The notes: generated by a model not told the origin, from the letters alone. A stretch of DNA of 64,000 bases from Acetatifactor sp. (GCA_051880315.1 JBJENR010000033.1:3312-67311); one strand, 5' to 3'. Counted from the first letter of the stretch, positions 19,217 through 27,692 are shown. Numbers and translations are program-made.

Positions 19217-19984
19217 TCATCCCTGTTTCCCGCCATACTTTATATTTTTCACCATGTTCTTGATAATTCCCACGTTCATATACAGCGTATCCTCGCAAAT
19301 ATGCTTTTCAGCCAGTCTCTCCAGAATCCGGGGCTTTGCATCAGCATCAATGACAATAGTGTCAATCAGGTAAGACATATCGATTCCTTCATTCTCCAGG
19401 ATTTTCTCCAGCGGACATTCATCCCTGCCCCAGAGAAGGAACAGCCCTTTCTGCATATACAGCCTGTCAAACTGCTGAGTGGCATCAATAAAGATAGGCA
19501 TGTCCACCTCTTCATTTCCCACCAGAGTGGATTCCTTATCAATGTATTTCTGCAGCCATTCATACAGAAACTTATTGTTGCGGATGACTTCACTGGAGCG
19601 CATCTTCCGCTCCCGCAATACCTGTTCATACCTGCTTTTATTAAAAATAAAAACCTTGCCGTCATTCTCCGTGTAACGCCCCTTTTCATCATGGCAGGCA
19701 AAAAACAAAGCCACATCAAAGGAATAGGAAAAATCCAGCATTCTCGTGGGTAAGGCAAAATGCTGGGCGATTTCGATGCAGGTCAGCTCGTCGAAGTTAA
19801 ACAATTTCTTCATCTCGTCCACAAAACGAAACATCTGGCTGTCTGCGGTCTCAATGTGGTCTCCACGAAGCCCTGACGGAATCAGCACAAAATCACTGTT
19901 GGCCTGTCCCCGGAACACAATCACATCTCCTCTTCCGTCCAACACATCCATATATTCCTGATAGGAGGAAACCTTTTCCATCAC
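19217..19984 (-). CDS. FRG domain-containing protein
   Basis: VFRGQANSDFVLIPSGLR, IAQHFALPTRMLDFSYSFDVALFFAC and RLYMQKGLFL match the FRG domain pattern; start overlaps the ATPase stop (ATGA-type 4-nt overlap). Confidence 0.88.
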   Translation of the reverse strand: MMEKVSSYQEYMDVLDGRGDVIVFRGQANSDFVLIPSGLRGDHIETADSQMFRFVDEMKKLFNFDELTCIEIAQHFALPTRMLDFSYSFDVALFFACHDEKGRYTENDGKVFIFNKSRYEQVLRERKMRSSEVIRNNKFLYEWLQKYIDKESTLVGNEEVDMPIFIDATQQFDRLYMQKGLFLLWGRDECPLEKILENEGIDMSYLIDTIVIDADAKPRILERLAEKHICEDTLYMNVGIIKNMVKNIKYGGKQG

Positions 19985-21072
19985 AGCAGCCTCTCCCCCT
20001 TCTCCTTATCAAACAGGAGCACCTTGGCAGGCTTCAGCGCGAAATGTACCAGCCCGCTCTCCGTATCAACTTTGTTTTCCGCATTAATAATTGACCGGAT
20101 ATTCGCATTCTGAGAACAGGAATGGGTGGAAACCACGCTGATGTCCCTTCCCATAACCTCCACTCCAGACAGTTTGCAGGTCATAGGACCATCCTCCTTC
20201 AGCACAAAGCCTTCCGGTCTGATACCCACTACCACTTCACCCTCTCTGACACCGGGAGCCTCCAACACCGCTTCTTCCCCGATAAACAGCTTATTCTCCT
20301 TCACAACACCATCAAAAATGTTAATGGGAGGTGTGCCAAGAAACTTTGCCACAAAAAGATTGACCGGATTATCATATACCTCCTGAGGCTTGCCAATCTG
20401 CTGCAGTACACCTTCCTTCATCACTACGATGACATCACAAATGCTCATGGCCTCCTCCTGGTCATGAGTGACAAAAACGGTAGTAATCCCCGTTTCGCGC
20501 TGTATTCTTCTGATTTCCTCCCTGGTCTGCAGACGAAGCCTTGCGTCAAGGTTGGAAAGAGGCTCGTCCAGAAGCAATACTTTGGGACGCTTCACCAGCG
20601 CCCTGGCGATTGCCACACGCTGCTGCTGTCCTCCCGAAAGCTCGTTAGGCTTTCTGTCCATCAGGTCTTCGATTTGCACCAGCTTTGCTGCTTCCAATGC
20701 CTTCTCCTCCATTTCGGCCCTGGTGAGCTTGTCAGCACCTTTCAGATTCTGCAGAGGAAAAATAATATTCTGTTTTACTGTCAAATGAGGATAAAGGGCG
20801 TAATTCTGGAATACAACTCCTACTCCTCTGTTCTCCGGAGGCAGATTCGTCACCTCATCCTCCCCGAAAAATATCTTTCCTTCAGAAGGCCTCTGCAGTC
20901 CGCAAATCATAAAAAGAAGGGTACTTTTACCACAACCGGAAGGTCCCAGCAGACCAACCAGCTTACCGTCAGGAATCTCAAAATCAAAATCATTGACTGC
21001 GATTACGTCCCCTTTTTCTTTTCTGTTGCGATTAGGAAATCTCTTTGTCAAATCCTGCAATACAATCTTCAT
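19981..21072 (-). CDS. ABC transporter ATP-binding protein (MalK/UgpC type)
   Basis: GPSGCGKST, FQNYALYPH, LSGGQQQRVA, LLLDEPLSNLDA, C-terminal TOBE region. Confidence 0.96.
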   Translation of the reverse strand: MKIVLQDLTKRFPNRNRKEKGDVIAVNDFDFEIPDGKLVGLLGPSGCGKSTLLFMICGLQRPSEGKIFFGEDEVTNLPPENRGVGVVFQNYALYPHLTVKQNIIFPLQNLKGADKLTRAEMEEKALEAAKLVQIEDLMDRKPNELSGGQQQRVAIARALVKRPKVLLLDEPLSNLDARLRLQTREEIRRIQRETGITTVFVTHDQEEAMSICDVIVVMKEGVLQQIGKPQEVYDNPVNLFVAKFLGTPPINIFDGVVKENKLFIGEEAVLEAPGVREGEVVVGIRPEGFVLKEDGPMTCKLSGVEVMGRDISVVSTHSCSQNANIRSIINAENKVDTESGLVHFALKPAKVLLFDKEKGERLL

Positions 21073-21244
21073 AGTGCTTCTTTCCTTTCCCGAATCTTCT
21101 TATTAACCTTCCGATGACTCTGTCACAGCCGGCACCATCGCAAACCGATACTGTTTCTGCCGGAATCAGTCTGTTTGTACCCATTATACATAGTTATCCC
21201 TGTTTTTTCCAGCTAATATGATATTTTGGCACCGAAAACCATGC

Positions 21245-21279
21245 AAAAAACCTCCTCTGCATGCACAGAAGAGGTTTTT
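21245..21279. terminator. Intrinsic terminator downstream of the phosphoketolase gene
   Basis: AAAAAACCTC...GAGGTTTTT inverted repeat with T-tails on both strands. Confidence 0.75.
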
Positions 21280-21309
21280 GTATCTCATATATTGATATTT
21301 CGGAAGACT

Positions 21310-23682
21310 CTATGCCTCTTCAGGTGTATGCCATTTCCAGTCGCGTACCTCAGGCAGATCCTGACCGTACTCGGAAATGTACTGGTCGTGTGCTACCAGA
21401 GTATCGCGCATCTTCTGAAGCAGATATGCACCGCGGTTGCCAAGCTGAGGGAGATGATTAATGATATCCATTACCAGATGATATCTGTCGATTTCATTCT
21501 GTACTCTCATATCGAAAGGAGTGGTAATGGTACCCTCTTCCATGTAACCATGAACGCTTAAGTTGCGGTTGGTGCGATGGTAGGTCAGCTCATGAACCAG
21601 GGTAGGATAGCCGTGGAATGCGAAGATGATGGGCTTATCCTTGGTAAACAGAGCATCGTAATCCACATCGGTAAGTCCGTGAGGATGCTTTGTGTGAGGC
21701 TCCAGCTTCATCAGGTCAACTACGTTGATGAAACGGATCTTAATCTCAGGCATATTGTCGCGCAGGATGGTAACAGCAGCAAGAGCTTCCTTGGTAGGCG
21801 TGTCACCACAGCATGCAAGAACAACATCCGGTTCTTCGCCCTGATCGTTACTTGCCCAATCCCAGATGCCGATACCCTGAGTGCAGTGCTTCACAGCCTG
21901 CTCCATGGTCAGCCACTGATGGCTGGGATGCTTGGATGCCACAATCACGTTTACATAGTTCTTACTTCTGATACAGTGATCGAAGCAGGACAGCAGGCAG
22001 TTTGCATCGGGAGGAAGATACATACGTACAACGTCTGCCTTCTTGTTTGCAATATGATCCAGGAAACCGGGATCCTGATGGGTAAATCCATTGTGGTCCT
22101 GCTGCCATACATTGGAGGTGAGGATTAGGTTCAGAGAAGCAATCTCCTCTCTCCAGGTCAGCTGGTTGCACACCTTCAGCCACTTTGCATGCTGTGCGCA
22201 CATGGAATCTACCACACGGATGAAAGCTTCATAGGAAGCGAAGAAGCCGTGACGACCGGTGAGAAGGTATCCCTCCAGCCAGCCCTCGCACATATGCTCG
22301 GAAAGGTAAGAGTCCATGATTCTTCCGTCGTATGCTAGGTCCTCATCCATCTCATGGTAATCGCCGTTCCAGTCACGCTTGGTCTCTTCAAATACCTTGT
22401 AGAGACGGTTGGACATGGTCTCGTCGGGTCCAAAGATACGGAAGTTCCTTGCTTCCTTGTTCAGCTTGAAGATATCTCTTACAAAGCCGCCAAGCTCGAT
22501 CATATCCTGCTTCTCCACAGCGCCGGGCTTCGTAACTTCAACCGCATAATCACGGAAATCGGGAAGACGAAGGTCACGAAGCAGCTTTCCGCCGTTGGCA
22601 TGAGGGTTCGCACTGATTCTTCTGTCTCCCTTGGGAGCAATGTAACGAAGTCTCTCTACCAGACGTCCGTTCTCATCAAAGAGCTCTTCGGGATGATAGC
22701 TGAGGAGCCAATCCTTCAACATATCAAGATGCTCGGGCTTCTCCATGGTGATAGGTACCTGATGGGCACGGAAGGAGCCTTCTACAGGAAGACCATCCAC
22801 TACCTTGGGACCGGTCCAGCCCTTAGGAGAACGAAGCACGATCATGGGCCAGAAGGGTCTCTCATTGCTGCCGTCTTCTCTTGCAGCCTTCTGGATTGCC
22901 TTAATCTCCTCGATACACTTGTCAACAGCCTCAGCCATCAGCTTGTGCATAGTCATGGGATCGCTGCCCTCAACAAAGTAAGGCTTCCATCCGTAACCGT
23001 GGAACAGGCTCTCCAGCTCATCGTGAGAGATGTGAGACAGCACGGTAGGGTTGCTGATTTTATACTCATTCAAATGCAAAACAGGAAGAACGGCACCATC
23101 CGTCTTCGCATTCAGGAACTTGTTGGAATGCCATGCCGTAGCCAGGGGACCTGTCTCGGATTCACCGTCTCCTACGATAACGGTAGCAATCAAATCAGGG
23201 TTGTCAAATGCCGCACCGAATGCATGTGCGATGGAATAACCGAGCTCACCGCCCTCGTTGATGGAACCGGGAGTCTCGGGTGCAACGTGGCTGGAGATAC
23301 CGCCGGGGAAAGAGAACTGCTTGTTCAGCTTCTTCAGTCCTTCGATATCCTGGCTGATATTGGGATATACCTCGCTGTAGGTTCCCTCAAGGTAAGAGTT
23401 TGCCACAAAGAAGTTGCCGCCATGTCCGGGACCGGAAATCAGAATCATATCCAGGTCATACTTGTTGATTGCACGGTTCATGTGTGCATACACAAAGTTC
23501 TGTCCCGGTACGGTTCCCCAGTGACCTACAATTTTCTTCTTAATCTGCTCCCTGGTCAGGGGCTCCCTTAACAAAGGATTGTCCAATAAATACAACTGGG
23601 TGGCTGCCAGATAGTTAGCTGCACGCCAGTATGCATTTAGGTCTGATAAATACTCTTCTGACAAGAATTTATCATCTTCCAT
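21310..23682 (-). CDS. xfp: Phosphoketolase (xylulose-5-P/fructose-6-P)
   Basis: [28 protein letters not shown] motif [38 protein letters not shown]. Confidence 0.96.
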   Translation of the reverse strand: MEDDKFLSEEYLSDLNAYWRAANYLAATQLYLLDNPLLREPLTREQIKKKIVGHWGTVPGQNFVYAHMNRAINKYDLDMILISGPGHGGNFFVANSYLEGTYSEVYPNISQDIEGLKKLNKQFSFPGGISSHVAPETPGSINEGGELGYSIAHAFGAAFDNPDLIATVIVGDGESETGPLATAWHSNKFLNAKTDGAVLPVLHLNEYKISNPTVLSHISHDELESLFHGYGWKPYFVEGSDPMTMHKLMAEAVDKCIEEIKAIQKAAREDGSNERPFWPMIVLRSPKGWTGPKVVDGLPVEGSFRAHQVPITMEKPEHLDMLKDWLLSYHPEELFDENGRLVERLRYIAPKGDRRISANPHANGGKLLRDLRLPDFRDYAVEVTKPGAVEKQDMIELGGFVRDIFKLNKEARNFRIFGPDETMSNRLYKVFEETKRDWNGDYHEMDEDLAYDGRIMDSYLSEHMCEGWLEGYLLTGRHGFFASYEAFIRVVDSMCAQHAKWLKVCNQLTWREEIASLNLILTSNVWQQDHNGFTHQDPGFLDHIANKKADVVRMYLPPDANCLLSCFDHCIRSKNYVNVIVASKHPSHQWLTMEQAVKHCTQGIGIWDWASNDQGEEPDVVLACCGDTPTKEALAAVTILRDNMPEIKIRFINVVDLMKLEPHTKHPHGLTDVDYDALFTKDKPIIFAFHGYPTLVHELTYHRTNRNLSVHGYMEEGTITTPFDMRVQNEIDRYHLVMDIINHLPQLGNRGAYLLQKMRDTLVAHDQYISEYGQDLPEVRDWKWHTPEEA

Positions 23683-23879
23683 TCTTTCTTCCTCCTGTTT
23701 ATGTGATATATTTTTTTACCAGTGTATATTCTATATCACAAATCCCAGAAAGACAATGTGAAAGATTTAACGAAATTATTGAAATTTTATGGATTTTTAT
23801 GGTAAATTGCACATAAAAAATTCTGAGCTTACGTCAATGCAGTTTCTTTATCTTTAATTGTACCAAACTGTAGATGTTC

Positions 23880-24320
23880 TCATTTCCAATGATTAAGTTT
23901 CGGTACTACTGCTTCCATATGGGCCCGAACCTGTTCCGCGGGCCAATTCTCATTTGCCATATGTTCTGCACAAAAATCAATCAGTTGCTCTTTACTGGTA
24001 TACTTAAATACGCCGTCTGTGTAACACCACTTACAATATTCTTCATTGAAATCCCCATTTGGCTCTTTACTGATTGTAGAATCATCAAGTGGCATTCCAC
24101 AACATTGACATATCAGCTGCCTCGGCTCACCTAAGAGCGTATTGATTGATACATCAAATACCTTGGACAACAGCTTTAATGTGTCTGTATTAGGTACAGT
24201 TTCGCCATTTTCCCAACGAGATACAGCCTGTCTTGTAACCATTATTTTTTGAGCAAGTTCTTCTTGCGATAATCCGCTTTTCGTGCGGAGTTCTAAAATA
24301 ACATTCTTTGTCTCCATCAT
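23880..24320 (-). CDS. XRE-family HTH regulator with putative zinc-ribbon domain
   Basis: LSQEELAQKIMVTRQAVSRWENGETVP; ICQCCGMPL...YCKWCY; GGAGG RBS supports the 24320 start. Confidence 0.9.
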   Translation of the reverse strand: MMETKNVILELRTKSGLSQEELAQKIMVTRQAVSRWENGETVPNTDTLKLLSKVFDVSINTLLGEPRQLICQCCGMPLDDSTISKEPNGDFNEEYCKWCYTDGVFKYTSKEQLIDFCAEHMANENWPAEQVRAHMEAVVPKLNHWK

Positions 24321-24338
24321 CTTACCCTCCATAAGAAT

Positions 24339-24383
24339 AATATAGCAATTCTTCATTCTTCAGACAAGCAACTCGCTGTTGCT
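24339..24383 (-). promoter_or_regulatory. Sigma-A promoter plus palindromic operator for the XRE-Zn gene
   Basis: TTGTCT-17 nt-TATATT; AGCAAC-N5-GTTGCT (24367-24383) abuts the -35. Confidence 0.6.
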
Positions 24384-24396
24384 GCTGATTTTTCGC

Positions 24397-24596
24397 AGAT
24401 AAATCAGCACTCTGTAAGTACGATAGTATTTGGGGAATATACTGTGGCTTTGCCAAGCCTACCTGGGCAAGCGCCTTAACACAGATGGTCAAGCAGCGAG
24501 GCAAAGTCGTCAAAATATTTGTACCATTTATCTGTTGCCTGACTCTCGGACATAATCCTATCGGCAAGAGCACACGCATATTTATCCGCTTTTGCG
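24397..24596 (-). pseudogene. Deleted/frameshifted remnant of a small helical protein
   Basis: Frame A reads LIAKADKYACALADRIMSESQATDKWYKYFDDFASLLDH; frame B reads CVKALAQVGLAKPQYIPQILSYLQSADLS; no start or RBS. From memory these resemble N- and C-parts of one clostridial family often labelled 'SufBD protein' (not verified). Confidence 0.6.
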
Positions 24597-24956
24597 ATCA
24601 AGTGACTCAACAGCAACCGTATAAACACCGCTTTCCGGGATATTTACAGTAAAATCAGTTGTTTCCTTTCCGTTTCCGCGATAAATTGTAGTTCCATCCG
24701 GTGCTTTCATTTCCATATACAAAGCTCCCTTCACTGTCTCAAAATGAATCTGAAGAACATCACCGGTCTGCAAATCAAGTGTATGTAGGTCAGTTCCGTT
24801 CATCCTCTCAATATCCAGCATGTAAGCATCCGGATTTTTAACGCGGCTGCCTGTAAAACCTTCCTGATTGTAACAAAATAGACCGACGAACATCCCGGCA
24901 ATTAATAGTACAACAAATACAAGGATAAAAATAATTTTTTTCGTAGTTTTCTTCAT
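24582..24956 (-). CDS. Small membrane-anchored hypothetical protein, probably 3'-truncated
   Basis: AGAGG RBS, N-terminal TM, beta-rich body; last residues (SLDRKSG*) come from the remnant fused downstream. Confidence 0.6.
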   Translation of the reverse strand: MKKTTKKIIFILVFVVLLIAGMFVGLFCYNQEGFTGSRVKNPDAYMLDIERMNGTDLHTLDLQTGDVLQIHFETVKGALYMEMKAPDGTTIYRGNGKETTDFTVNIPESGVYTVAVESLDRKSG

Positions 24957-24979
24957 TTAGATAATCCTCTCTTCACAGC

Positions 24980-25537
24980 TCACTTTTTTTGTATAAAGGA
25001 TTTTCTCTCTGCAAGGTAGTCTGTCCGCAAAAGGTGGATTGCCAGTTCCTCCGATGATGCCGCAAATGCTAAAATACATACCACCCAGCTATATACAACA
25101 ATGGCCGAGCCCAAAAGAACATAGGGCAACAGAAATACTGCCGCACCGGTCAACTTGTTCAGCCATGTATGCAGTGACGCGAAGCGATGAAATTTCACTG
25201 CCGCTGTTACATACGCCCCAAGACGCACAAGGACGATTCCCGATACGGCATACCAGATTTTTCCCGGAAGAATATGATATAAAACAGGAAAAAGGCGGAT
25301 TAGCAAAACGCTGTAAAACAACAAGTCAGCGATACTGTCCAGCCTTGCACCAAACTCACTTGCTCTTCCGGTTTTTCTTGCAAGCCATCCATCTAAAACA
25401 TCTGTCAAACCGGCGAAAGAATAAATAACAAGAAACCAGATGGATTTCAAAGGAAGGAAAAACAGAAAAAGAGAGGCTGTCATACGCATGACGGTAACTG
25501 TATCCGCCATGTTCCAATTATGTCGTTTACTTTCCAT
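24980..25537 (-). CDS. CDP-alcohol phosphatidyltransferase family protein
   Basis: LTDVLDGWLARKTGRASEFGARLDSIAD matches the DGxxARxxxxxSxxGxxLD motif. Confidence 0.9.
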   Translation of the reverse strand: MESKRHNWNMADTVTVMRMTASLFLFFLPLKSIWFLVIYSFAGLTDVLDGWLARKTGRASEFGARLDSIADLLFYSVLLIRLFPVLYHILPGKIWYAVSGIVLVRLGAYVTAAVKFHRFASLHTWLNKLTGAAVFLLPYVLLGSAIVVYSWVVCILAFAASSEELAIHLLRTDYLAERKSFIQKK

Positions 25538-25713
25538 TATCCCTTCTCCAGCATAGAGATGCCTGCGCAGGCAGGTCCGATTCCGGGCATGACAACCGCA
25601 GCCTGAGTTTCTAACTTACCCGGGCAGGACAGAACTACAACTGCACGCCCCATTGCTAATGTCAACGACTTCATAACTGTTGACACTATTTCCTTAATTG
25701 ATTTCTTTTCCAT
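25537..25713 (-). CDS. Small two-helix membrane protein, possibly decaying
   Basis: GAAGGAG RBS before ATG 25713; MEKKSIKEIVSTVMKSLTLAMGRAVVVLSCPGKLETQAAVVMPGIGPACAGISMLEKG. The ORF-track start at 25911 lacks support. Confidence 0.5.
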   Translation of the reverse strand: MEKKSIKEIVSTVMKSLTLAMGRAVVVLSCPGKLETQAAVVMPGIGPACAGISMLEKG

Positions 25714-26095
25714 GTATCTTTCTCCTTCAAGTAAAAAATGCAAATCTTTTTCCATATCATACAATATGTAGACATTAGCCACCATCTTCACAATAAGGTT
25801 CAAATTCCTATTTATAATCATATTTCCGTCAATAGACCAGCTTACTGAAAGTACAGATATTCTATCCGATACCATTTTTACAAGATGTAAACGTGCTTTT
25901 CCATAAGTCACTTAAAAATATCTGCGTACATTCCCTTCAGATACTCCAGATAATGCTTGGTAATTTCTATAATATAGAAAGTACTTACAGTCCGACATAT
26001 AATATTCTTTCTTTTGTTGGCATGCATCTTCTATCCCTAAAATTCTAACAACCATTTTCTGTATTATAGCTAACGACCGTTTTCTTTGTCAAGAT

Positions 26096-26158
26096 AAACA
26101 TTTGACTCTTTGACCTCTTTGACTTAAACGACATTAACATTTGACCTAAACATTTGAC
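26096..26158 (+). repeat. Cluster of five TTTGAC direct repeats, three as (A/T)AACATTTGAC
   Basis: TTTGAC at 26101, 26109, 26118, 26140 and 26153. Confidence 0.8.
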
Positions 26159-26245
26159 TGGGGATAATGTGGATAGATTTTTGTCTTGCTAATTAGCAGA
26201 TACTGTGGTTAAGTATATATACATACTATTTTTAGGAGGTATAAA

Positions 26246-27022
26246 ATGATTTATGAACAAGCAAAAAATGAATACAATGCTATTACTAACCGAATCCAAT
26301 GTATTCAAAACGAACTAAAGAATCTGCCTTCCGGCAAACTTGTCTGTTGTTCTCACAAAAAATACACAAAATGGTATCAAAGCAACTCGCATGAAAAAAC
26401 TTACATTCCAAAATCCAATCGTTCCCTGGCAGAGCAGCTTGCAAAAAAGAAATACTTATCTTTACTGTTACAGGATTTGGAAAAAGAAAAAACTGCACTC
26501 TCCTTTTATCTTCGACATCATAGCACCATGAAACAATCAGAACAACTTCTGACCTCTTCCTCGGAATATCAAAAATTGCTTGCTCCCTGCTTTACTCCGT
26601 TATCACAAGAATTAGCCACTTGGATGTCCTCACCTTATGAGCATAATCTATCTCATCCGGAAACGCTTATTCATAAGGGTGTGTCAAACTATTTCCTGCG
26701 TTCCAAATCCGAAGTACTGATTGATATGCTTCTTCGCACACATCATATTCCGTTTCGATATGAATGTGCTCTTGAATTGAATGGCTCTGTCTTATTTCCC
26801 GACTTCACAATCAGGCATCCTCAAACAGGGGGGTTCATTTATTGGGAGCATTTTGGATTAATGGACAATGTCTCATATATCGATAATGCAGTTTCAAAAA
26901 TACGTCTTTACGCCACAAACGGCATCATTCCAGGAATTCAACTCATCACCACCTTTGAAACTAAGAATAATCCTCTAGACATTGAAACAATTGAAAAGAC
27001 CATTGAATTTTACTTAAAATAG
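26246..27022 (+). CDS. Stand-alone PD-(D/E)xK-like (DUF559/Vsr-like) nuclease-domain protein with N-terminal coiled coil
   Basis: AGGAGG RBS; C-terminal RSKSE...IPFRYE...PDFTI...YWEHFGLMD...Y...KIRLY...GI...LITTFE; AT-rich. Nuclease activity is inferred from motif pattern only. Confidence 0.7.
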   Translation: MIYEQAKNEYNAITNRIQCIQNELKNLPSGKLVCCSHKKYTKWYQSNSHEKTYIPKSNRSLAEQLAKKKYLSLLLQDLEKEKTALSFYLRHHSTMKQSEQLLTSSSEYQKLLAPCFTPLSQELATWMSSPYEHNLSHPETLIHKGVSNYFLRSKSEVLIDMLLRTHHIPFRYECALELNGSVLFPDFTIRHPQTGGFIYWEHFGLMDNVSYIDNAVSKIRLYATNGIIPGIQLITTFETKNNPLDIETIEKTIEFYLK

Positions 27023-27062
27023 CACTAATAACATATTATATATTTAGGAATTTTATTCGCTT

Positions 27063-27420
27063 GGTCTATGTGATTTTTATATATCGACTGATTCCATATT
27101 ATAACAATTCCTTTTGGTTTTAGGTCTATGGTTACTTTTTACATGGTTGGATTCCATTTTTTCACTTTTTTCTTTGGTTTTTAGGTCTATGTGCTTTTTT
27201 TGCATGGTTAGAATCCATTTTTTCACTTTTTCCTTTGGTTTTTAGGTCTATGGTTACTTTTTGTATTGTTGGATTCTATTTTATCACTTCTTCCTTTGGT
27301 TTTTAGGTCTATGTGCTTTTTTACCTTTACAGGATTCCATTTTTTATTATTTTGTACCTTTTGCTTCCAGTTTATAGGTCTATACTGTTTTTTTGTATCT
27401 TTAGATTCCATTTTGTGTGA
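27063..27420 (+). repeat. Degenerate tandem array of ~61-bp units (5 full + 1 partial)
   Basis: GGTCTAT at 27063, 27123, 27184, 27245, 27306 and 27377 (periods 60, 61, 61, 61, 71); second motif GATTCCAT (variants GAATCCAT, GATTCTAT) about 28-30 nt into each unit; TTTGGTTTT(T)A closes units 1-4. Confidence 0.92.
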
Positions 27421-27508
27421 TTTTCAATCATTCATCCTCTTCTATCCATATTTTTGCACGGATGCCACAGCCGTATTTTAACCAACTGACACTTCGTGTT
27501 TGGCTGAA

Positions 27509-27686
27509 ATGCGGCATTCGCATTCCGCTTCGCTTCTTGCTCATGTATGGCTTTCGCCTCTCCCTCCGGTCCATGCGGCATTCGCATTCCGCTTCGCTTC
27601 TTGCTCATGTATGGCTTTCGCCTCTCCCTCCGGTCCATGCGGCATTCGCATTCCGCTTCGCTTCTTGCTCATGTATGGCTTTCGCC
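27509..27686. repeat. Exact 64-bp tandem repeat, 2.8 copies, REP-like palindromic unit
   Basis: ATGCGGCATTCGCATTCCGCTTCGCTTCTTGCTCATGTATGGCTTTCGCCTCTCCCTCCGGTCC at 27509 and 27573 (identical); first 50 nt again at 27637. Confidence 0.95.
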
Positions 27687-27692
27687 ATATAT

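Noticed and set aside
25714-26030. N-terminal extension of ORF 25537-25911 and a possible TetR-like remnant (MPTKERILYVGL*)
   Set aside because: The RBS supports a start at 25713; the TetR resemblance covers only about 8 residues before a stop and is too weak to call.
27063-27420. CRISPR array call for the 61-bp repeats
   Set aside because: The conserved parts are short and degenerate, the variable parts are mutually similar T-rich sequence rather than unique spacers, and there are no cas genes in the window.
27063-27420. TIGR-Tas-type dual-repeat guide array
   Set aside because: The two-motif layout is superficially similar, but the unit is much longer than the ~36-nt TIGR unit and the adjacent protein shows no recognisable Nop domain.
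27509-27686. CRISPR call for the 64-bp repeat
   Set aside because: The copies are head-to-tail and identical, with no spacers.
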